Below, piece by piece: positions 11,521-23,914 of a stretch of DNA of 64,000 bases. Within the stretch, counting starts at the first letter, position 1, and each line of letters starts with the position of its first letter. The stretch lies in NCBI GenBank assembly GCA_038087875.1, contig CM075995.1, forward strand, positions 8,000,001-8,064,000. Reading direction: 5' to 3'. The translations under genes and the position numbers were made by a program. The notes below the pieces were generated by a model. It saw nothing but the letters and a program-made list of their open reading frames with translations. It made no database searches and was not told the origin of the DNA. The DNA comes from Malacoraja senta (taxonomy: Eukaryota).

Positions 11521-11600
11521 ACAAGGGTTCATACAAGGAGGAAATCTGAAATTAAAATAAAACAGAAAATGCTAGAAATACTGGGCGGGCCAAGCAGCAA

Positions 11601-11900
11601 CTTAGTTTGGAGATACAGCGTGGAAACAGGCCCTTCGGCCCATCGAGTCTGCTCCGAACAGCGATGCCCGCACACTAACACTATCCTACCCATACTAGGG
11701 ACAATTTTACATTGATACCAAGCCAATTAACCTACAAACCTGTACATCTTTGGAGCGTGGGAGGAAACCGGAGATCTCGGAGAAAACGCAGGTCACGGGG
11801 AGAACATACAAACTCCGTACAGACAGCACCCATGGTCGGGATCGAACCCGGGTCTCTGGCGCTGTAAGGCAGCAACTCTACTGCTGCGCCACCGTGCCGT
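11601..11900 (-). mobile_element. tRNA-derived V-SINE (HE1-like). Further copies at ~12145-12440(-), 39125-39433(-), 47515-47812(-), 49370-49678(+), 49800-50025(-), 50598-50890(+), 54748-55047(-), 56620-56938(+), 57060-57285(-), 58776-59082(+), 61110-61308(-), 63126-63297(+)
   Basis: A box (GGTGGCGCAGCAGTAGAG), B box (GGTTCGATCCC), V-domain-like GGAGTTTGTAYGTTCTCCCCGTG...CCGGTTTCCTCCCAC, and LINE-like tail GGGCCGAAGGGCCTGTTTCC...CTAAAC. Confidence 0.9.
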
Positions 11901-13183
11901 CCTGGGGAGATAAAGAGAGTTAAAGTTTTAGGTCAATATAATCATTCATCGGGACTGGAAAAGTTAGAAAACAAATGTGCTTTAAGTGGCAGAGAGAGGG
12001 AGAGGTGGAAGGAACAAAAGGAAATGTCAGTGCGGGATTAGAGAACAAAGTTGTACAGGTGACATATTTGCCGCCTTTTGGAGAGCATGAAAAGAAACAT
12101 ATTCTCCCTTCACACGCGCTGCCTGACCTGCTGAGTATCTATTCGTTTTAGAGATACAGCGCGGAAAGAGGCCCTTCGGCCCACCGAGTCCGTGCCGACC
12201 AGCGATCCCCACGCATTAACACTAACCTACACACACTAACGACAATTTACAATTTTACTAACCCAATTAACCTGTACCTGTATGTCTTTGGAGTGTGAGA
12301 GGAAACCGGAGCACCCGGAGAAAACCCACGCAGGTCATGGGGTGAACGTGTAAACACCATACAGACAGCAAACGTAGTCGGGATCGAACCCGGGTCTCTA
12401 ACAGTGTAAGGCAGCGACTCTACCCATCGCCACTGTGCAGCCTGATTGATTGATTGGTCGGTTGGTCGATTGAAAAACAAGAAACATACCGCATGGAAAC
12501 AGGCCCTTTGGCCCACCAAGTCCATGCAGACCATTGATAACCCATTCACACTCGTTTTATCATATTCCAGGGCTCTCGCTTAACTTTTTTTCCCTGTTGC
12601 CAGCCGGGCAACCTTGGCAGCTTTTTAGGTTGCCAAATGGCAGTTTAGGTGGTCATTTAAGATGGCTTGCATGACGCGTGCGATAATGTGCTCGGACGAA
12701 GTGTGTAGTTACCAGTCGGAATTATGGTCAATGAACCATTCACATATTATTTCTGCTTCAAATAAAGTCACAAACTAAACATATTCACCAATCAAGACAT
12801 GATATATCCCACAATGACATGCAGCAAAATTATAAGACAATATCTCAACTCTTTTTACACATAGCAATTAATGCAATTTCTATTAGTTCTTTCCACTTCC
12901 AAACAAAAATGTGGTTGGATTATTCAGCGTATGATCAACCTGTGTCAATAAATCCTGGACCATGGTAACATATATGCGTACGTATAGTTGTGGATGTTGC
13001 TCATTAAATAACTACAGTACTGATACTCCATATTAAGAGCATTGATTTGCCGTTAAAATGAATTCTGTAATAACGTGTCAACGGCAGCAGTGACAATCGA
13101 ACACTGCGGTTTTAATGTTTCACATGTTCACAATATAATTAATCCATCTTTATGGATTAAAACAAATAATAACATTGGGAATT

Positions 13184-15609
13184 TTTTTTTTTTTTTTTCT
13201 TATTACACAACATATATCTTAATACATTTTTTGTACCGCTTCGTTTTTTTGAGCTTTAAGAAAAAGATAGAAGTAAGGAAAGTAAAGAAAGTGCGCAAGA
13301 GTCGTGAAGTGCAAGAGAGTGTTGGGAAAAGAAAGCCCCTTAGAAAAGAAGTTAGAGAAGGAAGTAAAGTAAGAAAGTAGACCCTAGAAAAGAAAGAAAA
13401 AGAAAGTAGGAATAATCGCTCTATTATGACATTATACTCCGCAGAAAGGGGACTACCAACCAAGTCTGTTTTTGTTGTTTTACCTCCCATTACCAGGTCC
13501 TGATACCATTTATTTATTTATTTATTTTTAAAATTACTATTGCACCTCATGCTTGTAATAGGTCCAGAAACGTAGACCACGTCTTTTGGAATTGGTCTGC
13601 TTTACCTGCTAAGAGGAATCTCATCTCTTCCAGATGTAATGTTTCCAACATATTTGATGTCCACATTTTTATTGTTGGTGTGGGCGCATTTTTCCAGAAT
13701 TTAAGTATGAGCTTTTTTCCCATTATTAGCCCGTAATTGAATAAATTCTTCTGATACACGTTTAATTCAGGGATACCTTCCGATATTCCAAAAATGATCC
13801 ATTCTGGTTTTGGTACCAGTTTTATTTTAATTAATTTTGAAAAAATATCAAATATTTCATACCAGAATTTTTGTACAAATTGGTAGCTTCTTGACACAGA
13901 CATTTATCACAGATTGGTGAAACATTAGGAAAGATTTTATTTAATTTAGTTTTTGAATAATATAGTCCATGTAATGTTTTGAATTATTGTAATGTTTGGG
14001 ATAAATGATTATCCCAGCTCTCTTTTGAAATTTTTATAGCTAATTCTTGTTCCCAGTCTCTTCTAATTCTATCTGTTGTGGGTATTTCTATGTTTAAAAT
14101 GATATTATATAAGTACGATATTAGATTAGCTGATTCCGCCTTTGTCTTCATTGCTTCATCTAGTAAGTCGGAAGGCATATTATGATAGTCTTTTGTGTAT
14201 TTTTTCAGATAATCACGAATTTGTAGATATTTAAAATATTGGTTATTTTTTAAATTATATTTCAGTTGTAGTTGTTGAAATGATAGTAATTTTCCCAATT
14301 CATACAGATCTTCGAGCGTTTTGATTCCCATTCTTTCCCATTGTATAAATGATTTGTCTATGATTGATGGTTTAAACGATGGGTTATTGACTATTGGTAT
14401 TGAGAGAGATAGGTTTCTTAATTTTAGATTCTGTTTTATTTGTTTCCATGTTCTAATTGTGCTATATATAATTGGATTTTTATTATAATTTTTATTATTC
14501 AAATTTATTGGAGAGAGAATAATCGCTCCTATATTACTCGGGGAGCAGTCCCCTTTTTCCATTACAATCCAGTCCGCCTGCTGGGCAGAATTGTCCAGCA
14601 GGTGAATCATATTTTTAATATTTACTGCCCAATTATAATACATAAAGTTAGGTAGCGCTAGACCCCCCAACTCTTTTCGTTTATTAAGGTGTGCCCTTTG
14701 TATTCTATGGGATTTATAATCCCATATAAAATTTGTAATGTCTGAGTCCAATTTTTTGAAAAACTTTTTTGGGAGATATATAGGTATTGATTGAAATAGG
14801 TATAGAATTTGTGGTAAGAAAATCATTTTTATAGCATTTATTCTGCCTATTAAGGACATCGGAAGTGTTTTCCAGAATTTAATCAAATTATTTAATTTCT
14901 TAAGTAAGGGATTATAATTGGCTTTAAACATATCCTGGTAATTTCTAGTAATTTCAATTCCCAAATATTTGAATTTTTCTGTAGCTATTTTAAAGGGGAA
15001 TTTCCTGAGATGTGTTGAGTCTTTTGGTTTTATCGACATAATTTCACTTTTGTTCCAATTTATTCTATATCCTGAGAAGGATCCAAAGTCCTCAATTAAA
15101 TTTAATATATTTGGTATACTAATTTGTGGTTTTGTGATGTACAGTAGTACATCATCGGCATATAGGGATATTTTGTTATTTGAATATTTTGTATTATAAC
15201 CGTAAATATCCAGGTGTGTTCTTATTTTTTCAGCAAGGGGTTCAATTACCAAAGCAAATAACAGCGGTGATAATGAACATCCTTGTCTATTGCCCCTTGA
15301 TAGTTCAAATTTTCGAGGATAATATATTATTAGTTAGTATTCTAGCCGTAGGTTTGTTATATAATAGTTTTATCCATGCAATGAAGTTCTCTCCCAATTG
15401 GAATTTTTGCAATACTTTAATCATATAATCCCATTCTACTTGATCAAACGCTTTTTCTGCGTCCAGTGAGATGATAGATAACTCTTGGTCATGAGATTTA
15501 TGTGAGTGCATTATGTTAAGCAAACGTCTCAAATTATTGAATGAATGTCTCTTAGGTATAAATCCTGTTTGATCCTCATTTATTAGTCTACTAACATACC
15601 TGCTTAGTC
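13184..15609 (-). mobile_element. 5'-truncated L1 LINE (RT to poly-A)
   Basis: SLDAEKAFDQVEW, ISLYADDVLLY, GYRINWNKSE, IGRINAIKM motifs. Poly-T at 13182-13198. 53-bp flanking direct repeat. Confidence 0.95.
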
Positions 15610-15749
15610 CATGCAGACCAATATAATTAATCTATCTTTATGGATTAAAACAAATAATAACATTGGGAATTAAAACACATTTGATTGCATTCCGTTATCA
15701 AACATAGTCAATGTTCGCTCTGAAGACATTTCCAGCACAATAGGGTCAG

Positions 15750-16418
15750 GGAGGGGTGTGTGTGTGAATCAGTGCGGGGTGGATAGATGGCGGGAGTGGG
15801 GGGGTTAGAAGGCAGTCGGTGCAGAATGGATGGATTGAGGCAGGTGAATTAGTACGTGTTGGTTGGAGTAGGTAAAATTGTGAGGGGAGAGCACCGGGGA
15901 TGTCAGTGGTGTTGAATGGGGGGGTTCAGTACGGGATGGATGTGGGTAGTCAAAAGTGCTGGAGAAGGTCAGTGGGTGAGGCAGCATCTATGGAGCGAAG
16001 GAAATAGGCAATGTTTCAGGTCGAGACCCTTCTTCAGACTGTTCCCCCCATTCTTCTTGAATGGGAGGATCAGTACAGGATGGATGGGGGGGGAGATCAG
16101 CGCAGGATGAATGGGGGGGGGGGTCAGTGCAGTGTGGATCGGAGGGTCTGTGCAGGATGAATGGGGGATCACTACAGGATGAATGAGGGGAAGGGGGGAA
16201 GGTGCAGGGTAAATGGAGGGTGGGTCAGTACGGGATGAATGCATGGATTAGTACAGGATGGATGAAGGAGAAGTGCAGGATGGATGGGAAAGGGGTAAGT
16301 ACAGGGTGAATTAGGGAACCAGTGTAGGATGGATGGGGGGGACAGGAGAATCAATGCTAGGTGGACAGGGTGATCAGCGCAGGATGAATAGATGGGGGGG
16401 GGTAGATGGGGAGGGGAG
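15750..16418. repeat. G-rich degenerate minisatellite (GGGGATCAGTGCAGGATGGATG-like), resuming at ~29447-29590 after the ERV
   Basis: Repeated (G)nATCAGYRCAGGATG(G/A)ATG units on both sides of the ERV. Confidence 0.7.
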
Positions 16419-16952
16419 TATGGAAGATAAACAAGTTACTTATTTCTACTTTTGCACCTTTGTATTCTTCATAAATACATTTATATCCTTGTATTAAACA
16501 TACACTAAAATGGTGTTGTCTAACCTTGGCAGACATAGCTGAGAGATTAAAGTTGCTTTAGCTGAAACATAATGGTGGCAGGACATAGCTGGGACATTAG
16601 AAGTTAATTTTAAGGGTGGCGAGTGAAGGACGAGATATGAGAGGAAATGTAAAGTTTAATAAGATTGAACCAAGGTCGGAAGCTAATGGTGGCGAGACAG
16701 AGAATACTAGAATCAAAGACAGATTGATGCAAAGGAGTACAGCATGAAAGATAATGTAGCAGAGTTAAGGCTGAAAGAGTGTAATAAAAAGCTGCTTGTT
16801 TCTGTGGATCAGAGAGCAATTAGAGAGCGGACAGGTGGTGTCATCTCTGAATGTTCCAGCCGAATATTTGCAAATAAAGGCTTTTCGTCTTCTTGAAGAA
16901 TTCTCCGTGTCTGTGTCATCTTATCCAAACTTTGAGTCTTAAAACCACGACA
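16419..16952 (+). repeat. ERV 5' LTR
   Basis: TATGGAAG...CCACGACA, near-identical to 28892-29446, with an internal AATAAA. Confidence 0.93.
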
Positions 16953-16956
16953 AAAT

Positions 16957-16974
16957 TGGCGCAGCGAGCAAGGT
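16957..16974 (+). promoter_or_regulatory. ERV primer binding site, tRNA-Ser(UGA) type
   Basis: TGGCGCAGCGAGCAAGGT, 4 nt after the LTR. It matches 17/18 the complement of the vertebrate tRNA-Ser(UGA) 3' end as I recall it (TGGCGCAGCGAGCAGGGT). Confidence 0.8.
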
Positions 16975-17300
16975 CGGTAAGAGACCGATAATTAAAAGAC
17001 AAACAGCCCAGGGCACTTCCCAGCCCCTCTTGGCTCCTAGGGGCAACAGGGAAAGGGTGGCCACCTAAAAAATTATGCAGTTTTTCGCTTCATTTGGACT
17101 AATAACCTGTTGAACATGGGTGGCCATTGGGGCACAGAAATGCCTAGGTAGTTAGAAGGTCTCTCCGATCCAAGAATCTGACACTAAATTGTTCTAAAAA
17201 GGAGGCCCGAAGGATTGTCCGAGAAGGCTGCGCTATATGGTGAGTAATAAGAAAGTACAGCATTGCATTATGTGATAGTATTAAGAGTTTATTAGACCTC

Positions 17301-17550
17301 GTGGATACCACCCTGAGAGGTCAGGGTTGCACGGACGAGGCAAGTATTCTGTGGATACCACCCTGAGAGGTCAGGGGTTTGTACGGGCAGAATAAGGCAT
17401 TCTGTGGATACCACCCTGAGAGGTCAGGGGTTTGTACGGGCAGAATAAGGCATTCTGTGGATACCACCCTGAGAGGTCAGGGGTTTGCACGGGCAGAATA
17501 AAGTATTTTGTGGATAACACCTTGGGTAACTGAGGGCTGTACGGGCAAAA
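17301..17550 (+). repeat. ~53-bp tandem repeat (about 5 units) in the ERV leader
   Basis: GTGGATA(C/A)CACC starts at 17301, 17351, 17404, 17457 and 17510. Confidence 0.9.
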
Positions 17551-19823
17551 TACGAATTTAAGGTAAGTGGGTAACAGAAAGTAGGTAACAGAAAGTGCTG
17601 CATTCTTTCTGCTGCTTGGTCTCTCAGCATTCTCTCTGCTGAGAGATCAAGATGAAATGTGCTTCCTTTGTTTGGAGAGTAATGGGAGTGGGGTGTGGTC
17701 AGATGTTGAGTGACTAGGATTTTGATTGGTTGTGATCTTAGTGGGGTGTGGTTAGAATTTGAGTGATGGTGAGTATGACTAATCACGATCTGAATCAATG
17801 TCCAATCACAGCGCTCAGGAACCTGACTGATAGGGGATTAGACCATCCTACTTTAACTTAAAAGGGAGATAAGAATTATATAAATGTTAATTTTGAAACT
17901 TTAATCTGTGTAGAAAATTGCATAATTTCTTTGAAGTAAGAATGGAACGAATGTGATTTGTGTGTAAAAACCGGTTTTGAATGAATGAGGAAGTTCATAT
18001 ATGTGATAAGTCTTTTGTTTGTTGTAGACTACATGCTGTAAGGGTAGGTGTGTGTTTAAGAAATTGTAAGCAATGGGGGAGGTTACGAACAGCTGTAAGG
18101 TAACGTTTAACACTTTGTATCCTCGCAACTAATAAGGGGAAAGTTGGAAAATGTAGGTTGCTTGGTTTTTCTGATGTTTCTTTTAGATTTCTTTTCAGTA
18201 AAGTTAATTTGGAAAATTGTTACTAGTACTAGGAATTGGAAATTTAAAATAGTGGTGAGAATGGATTCAAATAATTGGAAATAAGTTAATTGCTGAAACA
18301 TGACCAGCTTTTGTGGTTCGTTTAGATAAACATTCTGGTTGGAGAAGGGTAATGATTGTTTGCTGAGATTTTCAGAAACAGTTGTGAGGAAGTGGCCCAA
18401 GGAAGGCACTTTCAAGATAAATGTGTGACAAGATGGAAGTGTTAATTATGAATTATATGACCACAGATAAGTTGGAAAGGTGGGAAAAGTGGAGAGGAAA
18501 GGAATTAGATGCACTTAGGCAGTTTTATAAAGAAAGGAGAGAGAGGCAGTGAGGAGGTAACAGAAGTAGGAAACGACAGGTGTGAAAGTAATAAATCAGG
18601 AGGAGTCAGTGGAAGATTTTAAAAGAAAGGTGAATGCATTTGCAAAGGAGGCTAGAATATCTAAGAAGCAAGAAATTGAGTTTAGAATAAGAAAGAAGGC
18701 ATACCAGAAAGGATTTAAGTGGGAAGCAGAGGGATGAATTGATGAGATTGCTTTAAACAGAAACGAGCAGGACAGACACAGATTATCCTTTGGGGCACCC
18801 ATAAACTGAGAGGGCTAAAAATACCTTACCCAATATTACTGATGGGGCAGGAAATGGATTAGGGCTTTAGAGGAGGAGAACATGGGACGATTATTGGCTA
18901 TGGGAGATTTGAAGGCACTGTTGGTGAAAGTGATAGGAACCACCAAACTGACAGAACTACCGAAGATGGCTGGTATAAAAATGCTGTGAACAATGCAATA
19001 AACAATGGCATGCTGTTTGACACAGTCAGGCAGAGGGTATGGCAGGCCCTCAGACAATGTTACCCACTTAAGGTGGACCCCAAGGAATAAAGGGGAGATC
19101 CACTGGGAGAGGCAAATAATCCAGCAGCCTATCTGGAGAACCAGCTGAAAAGGTGGAGACTTGAAAATGAACAAGAAATAGAAGGCAACCAGTTAATGAA
19201 CACTATATTCTGAACCACTGTGGTGGATGTCATTCCTCCTAAAGTCAAGTCTAGATTGGAGGAGGTGGTGGGATTGTCATCTATTTCCCACCCCCGATTC
19301 AGCGATCATTTGGTCAATGAGGTCGAGAAATATCGCAAAGATAGGAAAAAGACTTGCAGACCTGCAGGAAGAGGTGCAGAGAAAAATGATGCAAATGTAA
19401 CTTGAAGAGCTCAAAAAGAAAGAGCGTGAAAAAAGGAAAGACAATGTTGTTAATAACAACAGACCTGGTTGAAAAGACTGAAATAAGTGATGCACCGACA
19501 CAGAGTGAGTCCTATGACAGAGCCAAAGAGGGACCAGAGAATCCCATGCCAATAATAAATGTCTTTGAGGGAGTGTTTCCTCAAATGCCCTATCAGGAGT
19601 GAAATAAATCTGGATATAAGCTCAGACAGGACTGGGGTCCCCAAGGGTGGGAGGGATCTCAAGGAGGTCAAGAAAGGCTAGTAAGGAGACAGGTAATGCA
19701 TAAGGTGTGTTGGGGATGTGAACAGGTATGGTAATCAGGATATAATTATAATTATATTAAGATAGTGGTGAACATAGCTATGGTAAGAATGTGAATGGAA
19801 ATCCTGAATCAACGCTGTAAGAT

Positions 19824-20360
19824 TGTTCTGTAAAGGTAAAATGGTTGGCCAGGTAGACTGGATTAAAACATTAAAATGTCTGCTGACCAAAGTTGCTGAG
19901 TATGTAGCTGCAGGGGTCAGGAAGTTGTGGACAGGAGGAATTCACATTGTCCTGCTGTTACTGCATAGTTGCAACTATGGTATTAACTGTACCCGTCTGA
20001 CTGAGATAGCTGGCTCTCAGAAGTCTAAGGAATATACAAACCGTGGCTCCCAGAAGTCTGAGGAATGTACCTTACTGATCTCTAGTATTGTTCCACTAAA
20101 TAACACCTCCCACTATGTACTTGCCTGTGATCTTGACCAGTACTTTCATGTCTGTTGCTTTGTATCAGTAATATGGGAGGCATAACCTGTAGCCTTTAAG
20201 TATATAAGGCATTACAAATTAAGGCATTGAGCTTGACTCTTTGCGAGGTTGTTAACCTGTGTGAAGACTCAGTGCTGATTAAACGTACGTTTAAAGCAAC
20301 CCCGGTGTCCGGTCGATTATTGTCGAAACAACCGATGTGAGAGAAAGACGTGAATCAACA
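19824..20360 (+). mobile_element. Probable solo LTR of a second LTR/ERV family inserted between gag and RT
   Basis: TGTT...AACA termini, TATATAA at ~20201, ATTAAA at ~20278, AGAT/AGAA flanks. No similarity to the host ERV LTRs. Confidence 0.6.
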
Positions 20361-22034
20361 AGAACATTAAGAAGAGGTATTAAATACACCTAGGCTAGGA
20401 TGCGGCAGGGTTTTAAATACTAGCCCCATGTTTTTAATCAGATGTTAAAGGCAGATTTGGAAGGTGTACCCTTAGAAAGTATTTGATACAGTATGTGGAT
20501 GATTTGTTGGTTTGTTCCACAAGTGAGAAGCAATGTGAGAGAGACATTTTAATTTTCTTGGAAAAGATGGCACAGGAAGTCATAAAGTATCCAGGAAAAA
20601 GTTGGTTTTGTCAGCTGCAGGTAGAATATTCAGGACGAATAATATCTAAAGAAGTAAAAGCTATAGCGCAGGATCAAATTGAAGAGATAATTGAAGTTTC
20701 CAAACCTCAGACAGTAGGACAGATGATGATGATCTTGGGAATGGCAGGATATAGTTCAGACTAGATTGGAAAGTATGTTGAAATTGTGATGTCATTAAGG
20801 AAAACAATGAAGGAAGAAGGACACACAAGTCTGAGAAATGTTTTACAGTCAGAGCTTTTGAATGAAGGGGACAAAAAGGTTTTGCTTGTGGATGTTTCTT
20901 GTTAAAGGGATCATAATAGCAAGTATGCAGGGTTTGAAGTGGTGCATCAGGATGAATTAGACTTTAAGGTAATTAAATTGGAAGCCTGCAATCTTGCTTA
21001 GCTCAGTTGGCAGAAATTAAGGCTTTAAGAGCAGGATGTGACATGAGGGAAGGTGAGAAAGCTGAAGTTTATACTGACTAAGCATATGTACATGGGGTCT
21101 GTCACATGGTTGGAGCAGTAGGGAAACAGAAAGGCTTTGAGAAAAGCAATGGAGACCCAATGAAAAGTTAGCAGTAAAGTACAGATCTGTTGAGGGAAAT
21201 AATGAAGCCAGGGGCACTAGCTGTCATTAAATGCCAAGCACATAAGAAGGGGAATCAAAGTGCAGACGAAGCAGTCAGAACAGCATCTGGAGGATGATCA
21301 GCTGTTATTACGTCTAAGGTAAACTTGGATCTATTTAGGTGCAAGGACTGTAGTGAAGTTTCTGATGAATGAGGTAATCGAGAGTTTTGGTAGACCTACA
21401 GAAATCAGCTTTGACAACGGATTGTTTTCATTCAGAGAGTAGTCAAGCTGGTGCTACAGGCCCTTAGAGTAAAACACAGATTTGGATGTGTAACACCTGC
21501 AGTCACAGGGCATGGTGGAAAGAATAAATGGAACATTGAAGGCTAAGATAAATAAGATTTGTGTAACTACAAAGTTGAATTGGATCGATGCCCTGCCATT
21601 GGCACTGAAGAGATGTTGCATGCAAACTAACCGAATAACCCACATAACACCACATGAGATGCTTACTGGCCGACCTATGCAGGTGGCACAATGGAGAGGT
21701 CCCTACAAGGGGCCGAGTTTGGAACAGTTAGAGGTAGAATTTAAGAAGTATATGCAACAGTTAATTATGATATACAAGTCTATTTATGCACAGGCAAAGT
21801 AAAAGCAGTTGGAGGTGGACCAGGAGGAAGGACCCTTTAAACCTGGAGACAAGGTGTATGTATGAGCTTTCCAAACCACCCACCGCTGTTCAGGTAGGTT
21901 GATCTACCTGGTACCATTTCAATCCTTTCATGAGGGCTGTCCCGCAGGTACGACTAGATAATAGCCCTGAGGTAAGTGAACAGGAGGACAAAGAAGTGAG
22001 AGAAGAGCAGAGTTCTAACAAGAACGTTGTTTGA

Positions 22035-23362
22035 CGTCAGTGGTGGGCAAATTAATGGAAAGGATACTTAAAGATTATATATATAAGCATCTGGATAAAC
22101 AGGGTCTGATTAGGAACAGTCAACATGGATTTGTGCCTGGAAGGTCATGTTAGACTAATCTTCTTGAATTTCTGAAGAGGTTACCAGGGAAATTGATGAG
22201 GGTAAAGCGGTGGATGTTGTCTATATGGACTTCTGTAAGGCCTTTGACCAGGTTCCACATGGAAGGTTTGTTAAGAAGGTTCAATTGTTGGGTATTAATG
22301 GTGGAGTGGCAAGATGGATTCAACAGTGGCTGAATGGGAGATACCAGAGAGTAATGGTGGATGGCTGTTTGTCAGGTTGGAGGCCAGTGACTAGTGGGGT
22401 GCCTCAGGGATCTGTGTTGGGTCCACTGTTGTTTGTCATATACATCAATGATCTGGATGATGGTGTGGTAAATTGGATAAGTAAGTATGTAGATGATACT
22501 AAGATAGGTGGTGTTGTGAATAATTAAGTAGATTTTGAAAGTCTACAGAGAGATTTAGGCCATTTGGAAGAGTGGGCTGAAAGATGGCAGATGGGTTTAA
22601 TGCTGATAAGTGTGAGGTGCTACATCTTGGAAGGACAAATCAAAATAGAACGTACATGGTAAATGGTAGTGAATTGAGGAATGCAGTTGAACAGAGGGAT
22701 CTAAGAATAACTGTGCATAGTTCCCTGAAGGTGGAATCTCATGTAGATAGGGTGGTAAAGAAAGCTTTTGGTGTGCTGGCCTTTATAAATCAGAGCATTG
22801 AGAATAGAAGTTGAGATGTAATGTTAAAATTGTACAAGGCATTGGTGAGGCCAATTATGGAGTATGGTGTACAATTTTGGTCACCAAATTATAGGAAAGA
22901 TGTCAACAAAATAGAGGAGTACAGATGAGATTTACTAGAATGTTGCCTGGGTTTCAGCACCTAAGTTACAGAGAAAGGTTGAACAAGTTAGATCTTTATT
23001 GTTTGGAGCGCAGAAGGTTATGATGAGAGGGATAGACAGAGTTGACGTGGATAAGCTTTTTCAATTGAGAATAGGAAAGATTCAAATAAGAGGACATGAA
23101 TTGAGAATTAAGGGACAGAAGTTTAGGGGTAACATGAAGGGGAACTTCTTTTCTCAGAGAGTGGTAGCTGTGTGGAATGAGTGGAGTGGTGGAGGCAGGT
23201 TCGATTTTATCATTTAAAAATAAATTGGATAGGTATATGGACAGGAAAGGAATGGAGGGTTATGGTCTGAGTGCAGGTAGATGGGACTAGGTGAGAGTAA
23301 GTGTTCGGCACGGATTAGAAGGGCCGAGATGGCCTGTTTCATTGCTGTAATTGTTATATGGT
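22035..23362 (+). mobile_element. 5'-truncated CR1 LINE inserted in the ERV after integrase
   Basis: VVYMDFCKAFDQVPH, GVPQGSVLGPLLF, KYVDDTK motifs and a CR1 3' tail GAAGGGCCGAGATGGCCTG. Confidence 0.92.
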
Positions 23363-23914
23363 TAAAGGTAATATGAGGTTTTTGGAGACATTAGTCACTA
23401 TGAGACTGGTGTAAATAAGGTCAGAATAAAGGGGTTTATGTGTCTTGTTTGGGGAACAATGCTTCATCTTCATACATAATAATACTAGCCCGGAGGGGTC
23501 TTTCACTAAAGCCATGGGTAAGGAGTGAGGTTAAAAGAAACGTAGGGTTAAAACATCAATTGTTTGGGTGGCTGGAGAGCATAGAATCATAGAATCATAG
23601 AAAGTAGGTGCGAGAGCAGACCACCAGGTCCATCGAGCCCGCACCGCCATTCGCTCATGGCTGAACACCAAACAAACACCCCTACCCACAAACAGTAGAC
23701 ACAAGACACAGAACACAAGACACTACCCTCCCCTTTATACCGCTATCACCCCTCTCCACCCCAAGAACCGCGTGATCTCCTGGGGGAGGCAAAAAACCGG
23801 ATAAAAACCCAGGTCCAATTCGGGAAAAAAATCCGGGAAATTCCTCTCCGACCCCAATCCAGGCGATCGACACTTGTCCAGGAGATCACTCAGGTCTTAC
23901 TATACTAACCCTAC

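Noticed and set aside
11820..11900. tRNA genes at the GGTGGCGCAGC...GGTTCGATCCC motifs
   Set aside because: These are SINE heads continuing into the V-domain and LINE-like tail, without a complete cloverleaf.
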